NCBI GenBank assembly: GCA_020161245.1
Contig: JAIUOK010000020.1
Span: forward strand, 4,325-68,324
Direction: 5' to 3'
Length of the DNA: 64,000 nucleotides
Origin: Actinomycetota bacterium
Lineage (GTDB): Bacteria; Actinomycetota; Actinomycetes; S36-B12; CAIYMF01
Shown here: positions 56,429-64,000 of the stretch, in pieces
Position numbering within the stretch: position 1 is the stretch's first letter
Layout of the letters: every line of letters begins with the position of its first letter
The notes under the pieces: model-generated
The model's database searches: none
Told to the model about the DNA's origin: nothing
What the model saw: the letters and a program-made list of their open reading frames with translations, nothing else
Made by a program: the position numbers and the translations under genes

Positions 56429-57895
56429 ATGGACGAGCGGGGACTTCCCGCCCCCGGGTGGTACACCGACCCCACCGGCGAGGTGCGGTGGTGGGACGGC
56501 GCTGCCTGGACGGCGCACACAGCTCCTCATCCGGCGGGCTCGACCGCCTCGCTGCCCCCAAAGCCGGCCGCGCCGGCACCTGCTGCGCCCGCTGCCCCGA
56601 TGCCGCCGCAGGCACCCCTCGCGCCCCAGGCCCCCACTGCCCCGATGCCGCCGCAGGCGCCGATGGCTCCCCTGGCGCCGGGCGGGCCGGCGCCGCTCAC
56701 GCCGGGCGCACCGATGCCGCCGATGGCCCCGCTCTCCCCGGCCGCCGCAGCACCCCTGGCCCCAGGCATGGCCCCCGGCGGACCCGTGCCGCTGACCCCC
56801 GGCGCGCCGATGCCGCCGCAGGCCCCGCTCGCAGCCGTGGCGCCCGCAGCAACGGCGGGCGGCGCGGCCTACCTGCCCGCCGAGCCCGTCGCACCGTCGT
56901 ACGCCGCCACCGCCTACCCGCCCGGCCACCCGCTGGCCGCCCCGGCTGCCGCCGCCCCGGTCGCTCCCGCGGGCGGGGTGCTCACGCTCGAGGCGCCGGT
57001 GGAGGCTCCCCCGGAGCTGCCGCCGCTCGGGCCCCACGCCGACTTCCTGCCCCCCGAGCCGTCACGGCTGGGGTCCAGGGGGAACAAGCAGGGCCGCCGC
57101 ATCTCCCCGTGGCTGGTCGTCGTGGCGCTCGTGGCACTGCTCGGCCTCGCCGCCTACCTCGTCCTGCCGGGCCTGCTCGGCGGCGACGAGGAGCCTGCTT
57201 CTGCGGCGTCGTCGACGTCGTACAAGGAGCTCTCGGTCCCCAAGGGCGGGGTGTCGGGCTTCACCGGCGTCGTGAGCGCGGAGGGCACGGGCAGCTTCAC
57301 CTCGCCGCCGTTCACGCTGCTCGGGGGCAAGGTCGCGGCGACCCTCACCCAGCAGGGCCAGGGCGTCGCCGTTCAGATCTTCCCCGCCACGCCGAGCAAG
57401 GACCCGAAGACCACGCAGGCCTTCCAGTGCGGCGCCTCGTGCGGCGACAGCGCCTGGGGCAGCCCGGTGATGCCGGCCGGCACCTACCGCGCGCAGGTCA
57501 CCGCTGCGCCGGGCACCACGTGGACCCTGCAGGTCAAGCAGCTGGTGTCCAAGGCCCCGTCGGTGGTGCTCACCCGCACCGCCAACGGCACCACGCAGGT
57601 GACCGCCCGCGGCACCGGCGACTCGCGCACCACGACCTTCCGGATGAAGCTGGGCTCGCAGGCCGAGGGCCCGCTCGTCACCGGCCGCATGGTCGTGCAG
57701 GGCCGGGCGACGGCCTACCTCGTGCCCGTCGGCTCGAGCATCGACCCCAAGCGCGACCTGCTCCATGTCCAGAAGTCCGGCAGCGGCGCGGCCTTCGAGG
57801 CGCGCGTGCGCGCCAAGGCCGGCGCGAGCAGCGGGTCGTACTACCTCGTCGTGCGCGCCGCCGGCGGCTGGAGCATCCGCTTCACGTCGGGCTGA
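56429..57895 (+). CDS. DUF2510-domain Pro-rich single-pass membrane protein
   Basis: PGWY.DP..E.RWWDG.AWT, Pro-rich repeats, TM, two beta-rich C-terminal modules. Confidence 0.8.
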   Translation: MDERGLPAPGWYTDPTGEVRWWDGAAWTAHTAPHPAGSTASLPPKPAAPAPAAPAAPMPPQAPLAPQAPTAPMPPQAPMAPLAPGGPAPLTPGAPMPPMAPLSPAAAAPLAPGMAPGGPVPLTPGAPMPPQAPLAAVAPAATAGGAAYLPAEPVAPSYAATAYPPGHPLAAPAAAAPVAPAGGVLTLEAPVEAPPELPPLGPHADFLPPEPSRLGSRGNKQGRRISPWLVVVALVALLGLAAYLVLPGLLGGDEEPASAASSTSYKELSVPKGGVSGFTGVVSAEGTGSFTSPPFTLLGGKVAATLTQQGQGVAVQIFPATPSKDPKTTQAFQCGASCGDSAWGSPVMPAGTYRAQVTAAPGTTWTLQVKQLVSKAPSVVLTRTANGTTQVTARGTGDSRTTTFRMKLGSQAEGPLVTGRMVVQGRATAYLVPVGSSIDPKRDLLHVQKSGSGAAFEARVRAKAGASSGSYYLVVRAAGGWSIRFTSG

Positions 57896-57907
57896 GCCGC
57901 CGGGCCG

Positions 57908-58723
57908 TCAGTCGCGGTCGAGGTAGGCGAGCTGGGCGAGGACGCTGAGCCGGGCCGCCGGCCACACCTCGCGCGGCACATCGGCGTAGACCGTCGCGAC
58001 GACGTCGTCGGCCGTCACCGCGCCGGCGTCGAGCGCCGCCCGCACCTGCTCGAGCCGGTCGTGGCGGTGGGCCTCGTACGCCGTCACCGCGGCGACGGGG
58101 TCGGCCAGGGCAGGGCCGTGCCCGGGCAGGACGACGCCGGCGCCCGTCTCCTCCGCGAGCAGGCGCAGCCGGTGCAGCGAGTGCAGGTAGTCGGCGAGCC
58201 GGCCGTCGGGGTGGGCCACCACGGTGGTGCCCCGGCCGAGCACCGTGTCGCCGGTGAGCAGCGCGCCGTCGCCGAGCAGGTGGAACGACAGCGAGTCGGC
58301 GGTGTGGCCGGGCGTGCACACGACCGCGATCTCGAGCGAGCCGACCACCACGACGTCGCCGTCGACAACGCCCTCGTCGCCGAGCCGGTGGGCGGGGTCG
58401 AGCGCGGCGACCGGCGCCGAGACGCGGAGGGCGAACGACGCCGCGGCCTCGGCGTGGTCCGGATGGCCGTGGGTCAGCAGCACCCGGACGACGCGGGCGC
58501 CCTGCAGCGCCGCCTCGACGGCGTCGAGGTGGGCAGGCAGGTCCGGGCCCGGGTCGACGACGACGGCGACGTCGTCGCCCGGTGCGCGCAGCACCCAGGT
58601 GTTGGTGCCGTCGAGCGTCATGGGGCCGGGGTTGCCGGCCAGGACGCAGGTGGCGGATGCGGTGATCGGCCCGCCAGACCACGGCTCGTGCGATCCGAGC
58701 AGCGGCAGCACGGCCCCGCTCAC
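57908..58723 (-). CDS. Metallo-beta-lactamase fold hydrolase (Rv3677c-like)
   Basis: NPGPMTLDGTNT, THGHPDH, TPGHT.D, TGD, PGHG. Confidence 0.9.
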   Translation of the reverse strand: MSGAVLPLLGSHEPWSGGPITASATCVLAGNPGPMTLDGTNTWVLRAPGDDVAVVVDPGPDLPAHLDAVEAALQGARVVRVLLTHGHPDHAEAAASFALRVSAPVAALDPAHRLGDEGVVDGDVVVVGSLEIAVVCTPGHTADSLSFHLLGDGALLTGDTVLGRGTTVVAHPDGRLADYLHSLHRLRLLAEETGAGVVLPGHGPALADPVAAVTAYEAHRHDRLEQVRAALDAGAVTADDVVATVYADVPREVWPAARLSVLAQLAYLDRD

Positions 58724-59607
58724 CGATGCACCCCGTCGGACTCGCTCGCGTGCGGCTCGCCCACGCTGCCCACCGGCTCGCCCGTGCGCTCGTCGATGAG
58801 CCGCCACGCCAGTGAGCCGTCCTCCGCGCGGTACGGGGCGGGCATGAGCGGCACGACGTCGAGGCGCCGCAGCGCCGGCAGGGCGTCGTCGACCGTGGCA
58901 TGGCGGCCGAGCTCGAGCAGGGTGGCCACGGTGGGCGGCAGCATCGCCGTGGTGCCCGCGTGGAAGGCCGCGACGGCGTCGGCCGGCCGCACCCAGGCGA
59001 CGCGGTCGGCCTCGCCGCCGCGCTCGGCGGCCTCCTGCCCCGCGGGCAGGCGGGCGGCGAGGAACCGGGTGTCGTAGCGGCGGTCCTCGACCTCGGGCGT
59101 GACCCAGTGCGCGAAGGGCACGAGCGCCTCGCCGTCGACCAGCAGGCCGCGGTCGCGCAGCAGGTCGCCGAACTCGAGCCGGCCGGCGGCCAGGAGCGCG
59201 CGCTGCGTCTCGAAGGAGTCGTCGAGCTCGACCGGGCGCCCGTCGGCGTCGACGGCGAGCAGGACGCCCGACTCCTCGAACGTCTCGCGCGCCGCAGCGG
59301 CGACGATCGAGGCGGGCTGGTCGGTAGAGAGCCGGCGCGCGACGTCGTCGAGGTCGGTGCTCGACGTCAGCGGCACCTGCGAGTCCGATGCCTCGACGGC
59401 GCCCCCCGGGTAGACGTGCATGCCCGCGGCGAAGGCCATCGAGCGCTGGCGGCGCATGAGGAAGACCTCGAGGCCGTCGACGCCGTCGCGCAGGAGCGCG
59501 ATCGTGGCGGCGTGCCTGAGCGGCACCGGGACGTACTCCTCCTCGCCGTGGGCGATCCGCTCGGCCCGCTCGCGCATGCGCTGCGGCAGGCCGGCGACGT
59601 CGTCCAT
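58720..59607 (-). CDS. Nudix hydrolase (NUDT19-like)
   Basis: R.AAT..L.RD, M.FA.G..VYPGG, AAARETFEESG, WVTP...RRYDTRF. Confidence 0.88.
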   Translation of the reverse strand: MDDVAGLPQRMRERAERIAHGEEEYVPVPLRHAATIALLRDGVDGLEVFLMRRQRSMAFAAGMHVYPGGAVEASDSQVPLTSSTDLDDVARRLSTDQPASIVAAAARETFEESGVLLAVDADGRPVELDDSFETQRALLAAGRLEFGDLLRDRGLLVDGEALVPFAHWVTPEVEDRRYDTRFLAARLPAGQEAAERGGEADRVAWVRPADAVAAFHAGTTAMLPPTVATLLELGRHATVDDALPALRRLDVVPLMPAPYRAEDGSLAWRLIDERTGEPVGSVGEPHASESDGVHR

Positions 59608-59617
59608 GGCGGGCGGG

Positions 59618-60082
59618 TCAGCCCTCGATCTCGAAGACGGCCTCGACCTCGACGGCGGCGTCGAGCGGCAGCGACGCGACGCCGACGGCCGACCGGGCGT
59701 GGACGCCCTTCTCGCCGAACGCGGCGCCGAACAGCTCGCTCGCCCCGTTGACGACCGCCGGGGCGCCGGTGAAGTCCGGGATGCAGGCCACGAAGCCGAC
59801 CACCTTGACCACGCGGGCAACCGTGTCGAGGTCGCCGACCACCGACTTCAGCGCGGCGATGGCGTTGAGCGCCGAGGCCTGGGCGAGCGCCTTGGCCTGC
59901 TCGGGCGTGACGTCCTGGCCGACCTTGCCGGTGTGGGCCATGGCGCCGTTGACCATGGGCAGCTGGCCGGAGACGTAGACGTAGTTCCCGGTGCGCACGG
60001 CTGGTGTGTAGGCCGCGACCGGCGGGACGACCTCGGGGACGACCAGGCCGATCTCGGCCAGGCGCTGCTCGACGACGGACAT
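59618..60082 (-). CDS. RidA/YjgF family protein (Rv3678c-like)
   Basis: YVSGQLP, G.HARSAVGV..LP. Confidence 0.9.
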   Translation of the reverse strand: MSVVEQRLAEIGLVVPEVVPPVAAYTPAVRTGNYVYVSGQLPMVNGAMAHTGKVGQDVTPEQAKALAQASALNAIAALKSVVGDLDTVARVVKVVGFVACIPDFTGAPAVVNGASELFGAAFGEKGVHARSAVGVASLPLDAAVEVEAVFEIEG

Positions 60083-60085
60083 GGG

Positions 60086-60241
60086 TCAGCCCTTCGGACG
60101 CTTGAGGTAGGCGACGAGGTTGTCGGCGTTCGGCCCCGGCACGACGGTCACGAGCTCCCAGCCGTCCTGGCCCCACGTGTCCAGGATCTGCTTGGTGGCG
60201 TGCACGAGGAGGGGGACGGTCGCGTACTCCCACTGAGTCAT
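60086..60241 (-). CDS. DUF4177 small protein (Rv3678A-like)
   Basis: MTQWEYATVPLLVHATKQILDTWGQDGWELV...YLKRP; below the ORF-track cutoff. Confidence 0.85.
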   Translation of the reverse strand: MTQWEYATVPLLVHATKQILDTWGQDGWELVTVVPGPNADNLVAYLKRPKG

Positions 60242-60325
60242 GCCCCGACCTTAGGACCTGCCGGGGTCTCGCGCGCCACCCCCGCTCGGGCGGCACCGGG
60301 GCCCCCGTCCCCGTAGGCTCGTTCC

Positions 60326-61372
60326 GTGGCTGCCGCGAAGGACGACGACGTCCGCGACGTCGACTGGGACGGCGTCCGCCTCCACGTCGTGTCGGGCAAG
60401 GGCGGCACCGGCAAGACCACCGTCGCCGCCGCGCTCGCCCTCGCGCTGGCCACCGGCGGCAAGAAGGTGCTCGTCGTCGAGGTCGAGGGCCGGCAGGGCC
60501 TCGCGCAGATCTTCGACGTCCCGCCGCTCCCCTACGCCGACCGCAAGGTGGCCGTGGCGCCCGGCGGCGGCGAGGTCTACGCCCTCGCGATCGATCCCGA
60601 GGAGGCCCTGCTCGAGTACCTCGAGATGTTCTACAACCTCCGGGTCGCGGGCTCCGCGCTGCGCAAGATGGGCGCCATCGACTTCGCCACGACGATCGCG
60701 CCGGGCGTCCGCGACGTCCTGCTCACCGGCAAGGCCAAGGAGGCCGTGCGCCGCAAGGGCAAGGACGGCAAGCACGTCTACGACGCCGTCGTGATGGACG
60801 CCCCGCCCACCGGGCGCATCGCCCGCTTCCTCAACGTCAACTCCGAGGTGGCCGGCCTCGCCCGCACCGGCCCGATCCGGTCGCAGGCGGATGCCGTCAT
60901 GGAGGTCATCGGCTCGCGGCTCACGGCCGTGCACCTGGTGACGCTGCTCGAGGAGATGCCGGTCCAGGAGACCGCCGACGGCGTCGCCGAGCTGCAGGCC
61001 GCGAAGCTGCCGGTAGGCGGCGTCGTCGTCAACCAGATGCGCCGGCCGCTGCTGTCGGCTGCCGACCAGACCAAGGCGCGCAAGGGCCACCTCGACACCG
61101 AGGCGCTGGCGCACGACCTGGCCGCGGCCGGGCTGGTCAAGGGCGGCGCGCTCGTCGGGTCGCACGGCGCCGTGACCGTCGACGACGTCGTGCGGGCCCT
61201 CGTCGTCGAGGGCGCCGAGCATGCCGAGCGCGTGGCGCTCGAGCAGCGCGAGCGCGACAACCTCGAGGGCCTGCACCGCCCGACCTACGAGCTGCCGTTC
61301 CTGCCCGACGGCGTCGACCTCTCGTCGCTCTACGAGCTCGCCGAGCTCCTGCACCGGCAGGGGATGGCATGA
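60326..61372 (+). CDS. ArsA/Get3-like ATPase (Rv3679/BagA-like)
   Basis: SGKGGTGKTT, DAPPTGR, VTLLEEMP..ET. Confidence 0.9.
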   Translation: MAAAKDDDVRDVDWDGVRLHVVSGKGGTGKTTVAAALALALATGGKKVLVVEVEGRQGLAQIFDVPPLPYADRKVAVAPGGGEVYALAIDPEEALLEYLEMFYNLRVAGSALRKMGAIDFATTIAPGVRDVLLTGKAKEAVRRKGKDGKHVYDAVVMDAPPTGRIARFLNVNSEVAGLARTGPIRSQADAVMEVIGSRLTAVHLVTLLEEMPVQETADGVAELQAAKLPVGGVVVNQMRRPLLSAADQTKARKGHLDTEALAHDLAAAGLVKGGALVGSHGAVTVDDVVRALVVEGAEHAERVALEQRERDNLEGLHRPTYELPFLPDGVDLSSLYELAELLHRQGMA

Positions 61373-62535
61373 GCTTCGCCCGCGAGGTCGTGCCCCGCGC
61401 CCTCTCGCTCGACATCGACGCGCTCCTCGACGACCGAGGCGTGCGAGTGGTCGTGTGCTGCGGCAGCGGCGGCGTCGGCAAGACCACCACCGCGGCGGCG
61501 CTCGCCCTGCGCGCCGCCGAGCGCGGCCGCCGCGTCGTCGTGCTCACGATCGACCCGGCCCGCCGCCTGGCTCAGAGCCTCGGCCTCACCGAGCTCGACA
61601 ACGAGCCGCGGCCCGTCGCCGGCGTCGACGGCACCGGCTCGCTCGACGCGATGATGCTCGACATGAAGCGGACCTTCGACGAGTTCGTCGAGGCCAACGC
61701 CGACGCCGAGCGCGCGGCCACGATCATCGCCAACCCCTTCTACCAGTCGCTGTCGAGCTCCTTCGCGGGCACGCAGGAGTACATGGCGATGGAGAAGCTC
61801 GGCCAGCTGCGCAACCGGTCCGAGGCCGAGGACCTCTGGGACCTCGTCGTCGTCGACACCCCGCCGTCGCGCTCGGCGCTGGACTTCCTCGACGCGCCCC
61901 GGCGGCTCGGGTCGTTCCTCGACGGCCGGTTCCTGCGCATCCTCGCCGCACCCGCCAAGGCCGGCGGCCGCGGCCTCGCGCGCATGATGAGCGCCGGCTT
62001 CGGCATGTTCACCGGAGTGCTCAACCGGCTGCTGGGCGCCCAGGTGCTCACCGACATCCAGATCTTCGTCGCGTCGGTCGACACCCTCTTCGGCGGCTTC
62101 CGCCAGCGCGCCGACGAGACCTACCAGATGCTGCAGGCGCCCGACACGCGCTTCGTCGTCATCGCCGCGCCCGAGCGGGACGCGCTGCGGGAGGCGTCGT
62201 ACTTCGTCGACCGGCTCGAGGCCGACTCGATGCCGCTGGCGGGGCTGGTCCTCAACCGCGTGCAGCAGACCACCGTGCCCGAGCTCGCGTCGTCGGCAGC
62301 GGCTGCCGCCGCCGAGCGGCTCGAGCAGGACGCGTCCGGCCACTCGACCACCGCCGCCCTGCTGCGCATCCACGCCGACCGCGCTGCGACCCTCGACCGG
62401 CAGCGCCGTCTCGCCGACCGGTTCACCTCCGTGCACAAGACCATCGAGGTGGCGACCGTGCCGGCCATGGCGTCGGACGTCGTCGACCTCGACGGCCTGC
62501 GCGCCGTCGGCACCGCGCTCGCCGACCACGTCTGA
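61369..62535 (+). CDS. ArsA/Get3-like ATPase (Rv3680/BagB-like)
   Basis: CGSGGVGKTT, TIDPARRLAQSLG, GTQEYMAMEKL, VDTPP; ATGA coupling. Confidence 0.9.
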   Translation: MSFAREVVPRALSLDIDALLDDRGVRVVVCCGSGGVGKTTTAAALALRAAERGRRVVVLTIDPARRLAQSLGLTELDNEPRPVAGVDGTGSLDAMMLDMKRTFDEFVEANADAERAATIIANPFYQSLSSSFAGTQEYMAMEKLGQLRNRSEAEDLWDLVVVDTPPSRSALDFLDAPRRLGSFLDGRFLRILAAPAKAGGRGLARMMSAGFGMFTGVLNRLLGAQVLTDIQIFVASVDTLFGGFRQRADETYQMLQAPDTRFVVIAAPERDALREASYFVDRLEADSMPLAGLVLNRVQQTTVPELASSAAAAAAERLEQDASGHSTTAALLRIHADRAATLDRQRRLADRFTSVHKTIEVATVPAMASDVVDLDGLRAVGTALADHV

Positions 62536-62598
62536 CCCGGTCGTCGATCCGCGCGCTCTGCCGCGCGATCCGACTACCAGTTCACCCCGGGCAGCACG

Positions 62599-62622
62599 AC
62601 GGCCCCTCCGAGGAGGGGCCGT
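62599..62622. terminator. Hairpin between the convergent ArsA pair and whiB4
   Basis: ACGGCCCCTC / GAGGGGCCGT stem. Confidence 0.5.
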
Positions 62623-62657
62623 GGCGGTGGAGCGGGGGCTCGGGAGAGCCGGGACGA

Positions 62658-62981
62658 TCAGCCGGCGCGCGAGTGGGCCTCGGTGAGGTCGACGAGCGAC
62701 GCGGTGGTGCCGTACTCCTCGCGGGCGGTCTCGAGCAGGCGGCGCCAGCTCGTCACCTGCGGACGGCGGCGCAGCAGCGCCCGGCGCTCGCGCTCGGTCA
62801 TACCGCCCCAGACACCGAACTCGATCCGGTTGTCGAGGGCGTCGGCCAGGCACTCCGTGCGCACGGGGCAGGCCAGGCAGATGGTCTTGGCGCGGTTCTG
62901 AGCGGCGCCCTGCACGAAAAGGGCGTCCGGGTCGCTCGCGCGACAGGCCGCCGACGTGGTCCAGTCCGTGGTCCAGGTCAT
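62658..62981 (-). CDS. whiB4: WhiB-family Fe-S regulator WhiB4/WblA
   Basis: Four Cys, DPD.LFV.GAAQ, GVWGGMTERERR; divergent from ponA2. Confidence 0.92.
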   Translation of the reverse strand: MTWTTDWTTSAACRASDPDALFVQGAAQNRAKTICLACPVRTECLADALDNRIEFGVWGGMTERERRALLRRRPQVTSWRRLLETAREEYGTTASLVDLTEAHSRAG

Positions 62982-63288
62982 CTGGTGGACTCAACCTCCC
63001 CCTGTGTCGTCGGGGCGGCTCCGTCCGCTCGGCCCACGTCCGCCAGACGGCGGCGCGAAGGCTTCCCGGGCCGGGGCCCTGCCGGCGCAAGGCTTGCGCC
63101 GACAGACGTGAACCTACGCAGAGCATTGACCGGCGAGACAGGCCAGGACGGGTGATCTGCGATAGTCCTATCGTGCCATAGACCTGGGCCCTGGGTACCA
63201 CCCCCGTCTCATCGTTCCGGGCGGGCAGGGGAACCCGGGCGAGCCAGAGGACGTCTCACGGGCGTCCGCACCGTACTCTCGATGGGCC

Positions 63289-64000
63289 ATGTCCAGGACC
63301 TCCTCCGCCGCCTCGTCGCTCAGCCGGCTCCTCCTGTTCGTGCTGGTGAGCGTCGTTGCCGGCGTGCTCGTGGCCGGGGCCGCGCTGCCCTTCGTCGGCG
63401 GTGCCGGCGTCGCGGCGCGCACCGCGGTGGAGAGCTACGAGTCGCTGCCCTCGCAGCTGACCGCGCCCCCGCTGCCGCTGCGCACCCGGATCCTGGCCTC
63501 CGACGGCACGGTCATCGCGGTGATCTACGAGCAGAACCGCGTCGAGGTCCCGCTGGCCCAGGTGTCGCCGGTGATGCGCCAGGCGATCGTGGCGGTCGAG
63601 GACGGCCGGTTCTACGAGCACCGCGGCGTCGACCCCCGCGGCGTCATCCGCGCCTTCGTCGGCAACACCACCGACGGCGCTGCCGCAGCGGGCGGCGGCG
63701 GCTCGACGCTCACGCAGCAGTACGTGAAGAACGTGTTCCTCAACATGGCCACGACGCCGGAGGAGCAGCGCGCGGCCGTGGCACGCAGCTACACGCGCAA
63801 GCTCAAGGAGATGCGCTACGCGCTCTCGCTCGAGCGGCAGTACACCAAGGACGAGATCCTCGAGAAGTACCTCAACATCGCCTACTTCGGCGCCGGCGCC
63901 TATGGCATCGAGGCCGCGGCCCGCCGGTACTTCTCCAAGCCCGCCAGCAAGCTCACCCTCGTCGAGGCCGCCACCCTCGCCGGCGCGGTTCAGCGCCCGG
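63289..64000 (+). CDS. ponA2: Class A penicillin-binding protein PonA2, 5' part (truncated by the window edge)
   Basis: TM anchor, AIVAVEDGRFYEH.GVD, GGSTLTQQYVKN, RK..E, YLNI.YFG; not in the ORF track. Confidence 0.9.
   Translation, partial: MSRTSSAASSLSRLLLFVLVSVVAGVLVAGAALPFVGGAGVAARTAVESYESLPSQLTAPPLPLRTRILASDGTVIAVIYEQNRVEVPLAQVSPVMRQAIVAVEDGRFYEHRGVDPRGVIRAFVGNTTDGAAAAGGGGSTLTQQYVKNVFLNMATTPEEQRAAVARSYTRKLKEMRYALSLERQYTKDEILEKYLNIAYFGAGAYGIEAAARRYFSKPASKLTLVEAATLAGAVQRP

Overview
High-GC actinomycete chromosome segment, mostly the conserved holB-tmk-topA-hppA-anti-sigma/bldG-helicase-Tad(Flp) pilus-ssd-HAD ... Fic-like ... actP-acs-nhaA-marP-nth-crp-ArsA pair-whiB4-ponA2 backbone. No CRISPR, tRNA/rRNA, transposase or integrase was recognised. 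Most long supplied ORFs are antisense or off-frame shadows, and several starts were re-called from SD or -10 evidence. Accessory or unexplained elements: (1) a tandem array of five diverged paralogous single-pass membrane proteins (29.3-36.7 kb), each with an N-terminal DGRL(E/D)LD motif and six Cys in three pairs, lying between the HAD gene and a probable Ms1-type RNA; (2) a 4.1-kb cassette (50-aa peptide, LAL/LuxR ATPase regulator, stand-alone globin) bracketed by 109-bp inverted repeats; (3) paired GTCCACAG motifs upstream of both Tad transcription units and at both repeat ends; (4) dispersed GTAAC...GTTAC long palindromes; (5) an RsiG-like protein with degenerate c-di-GMP motifs, an orphan PspM-like gene, and a TreS gene placed directly behind crp. 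Family assignments come from motif recognition and recalled synteny; no database search was run.
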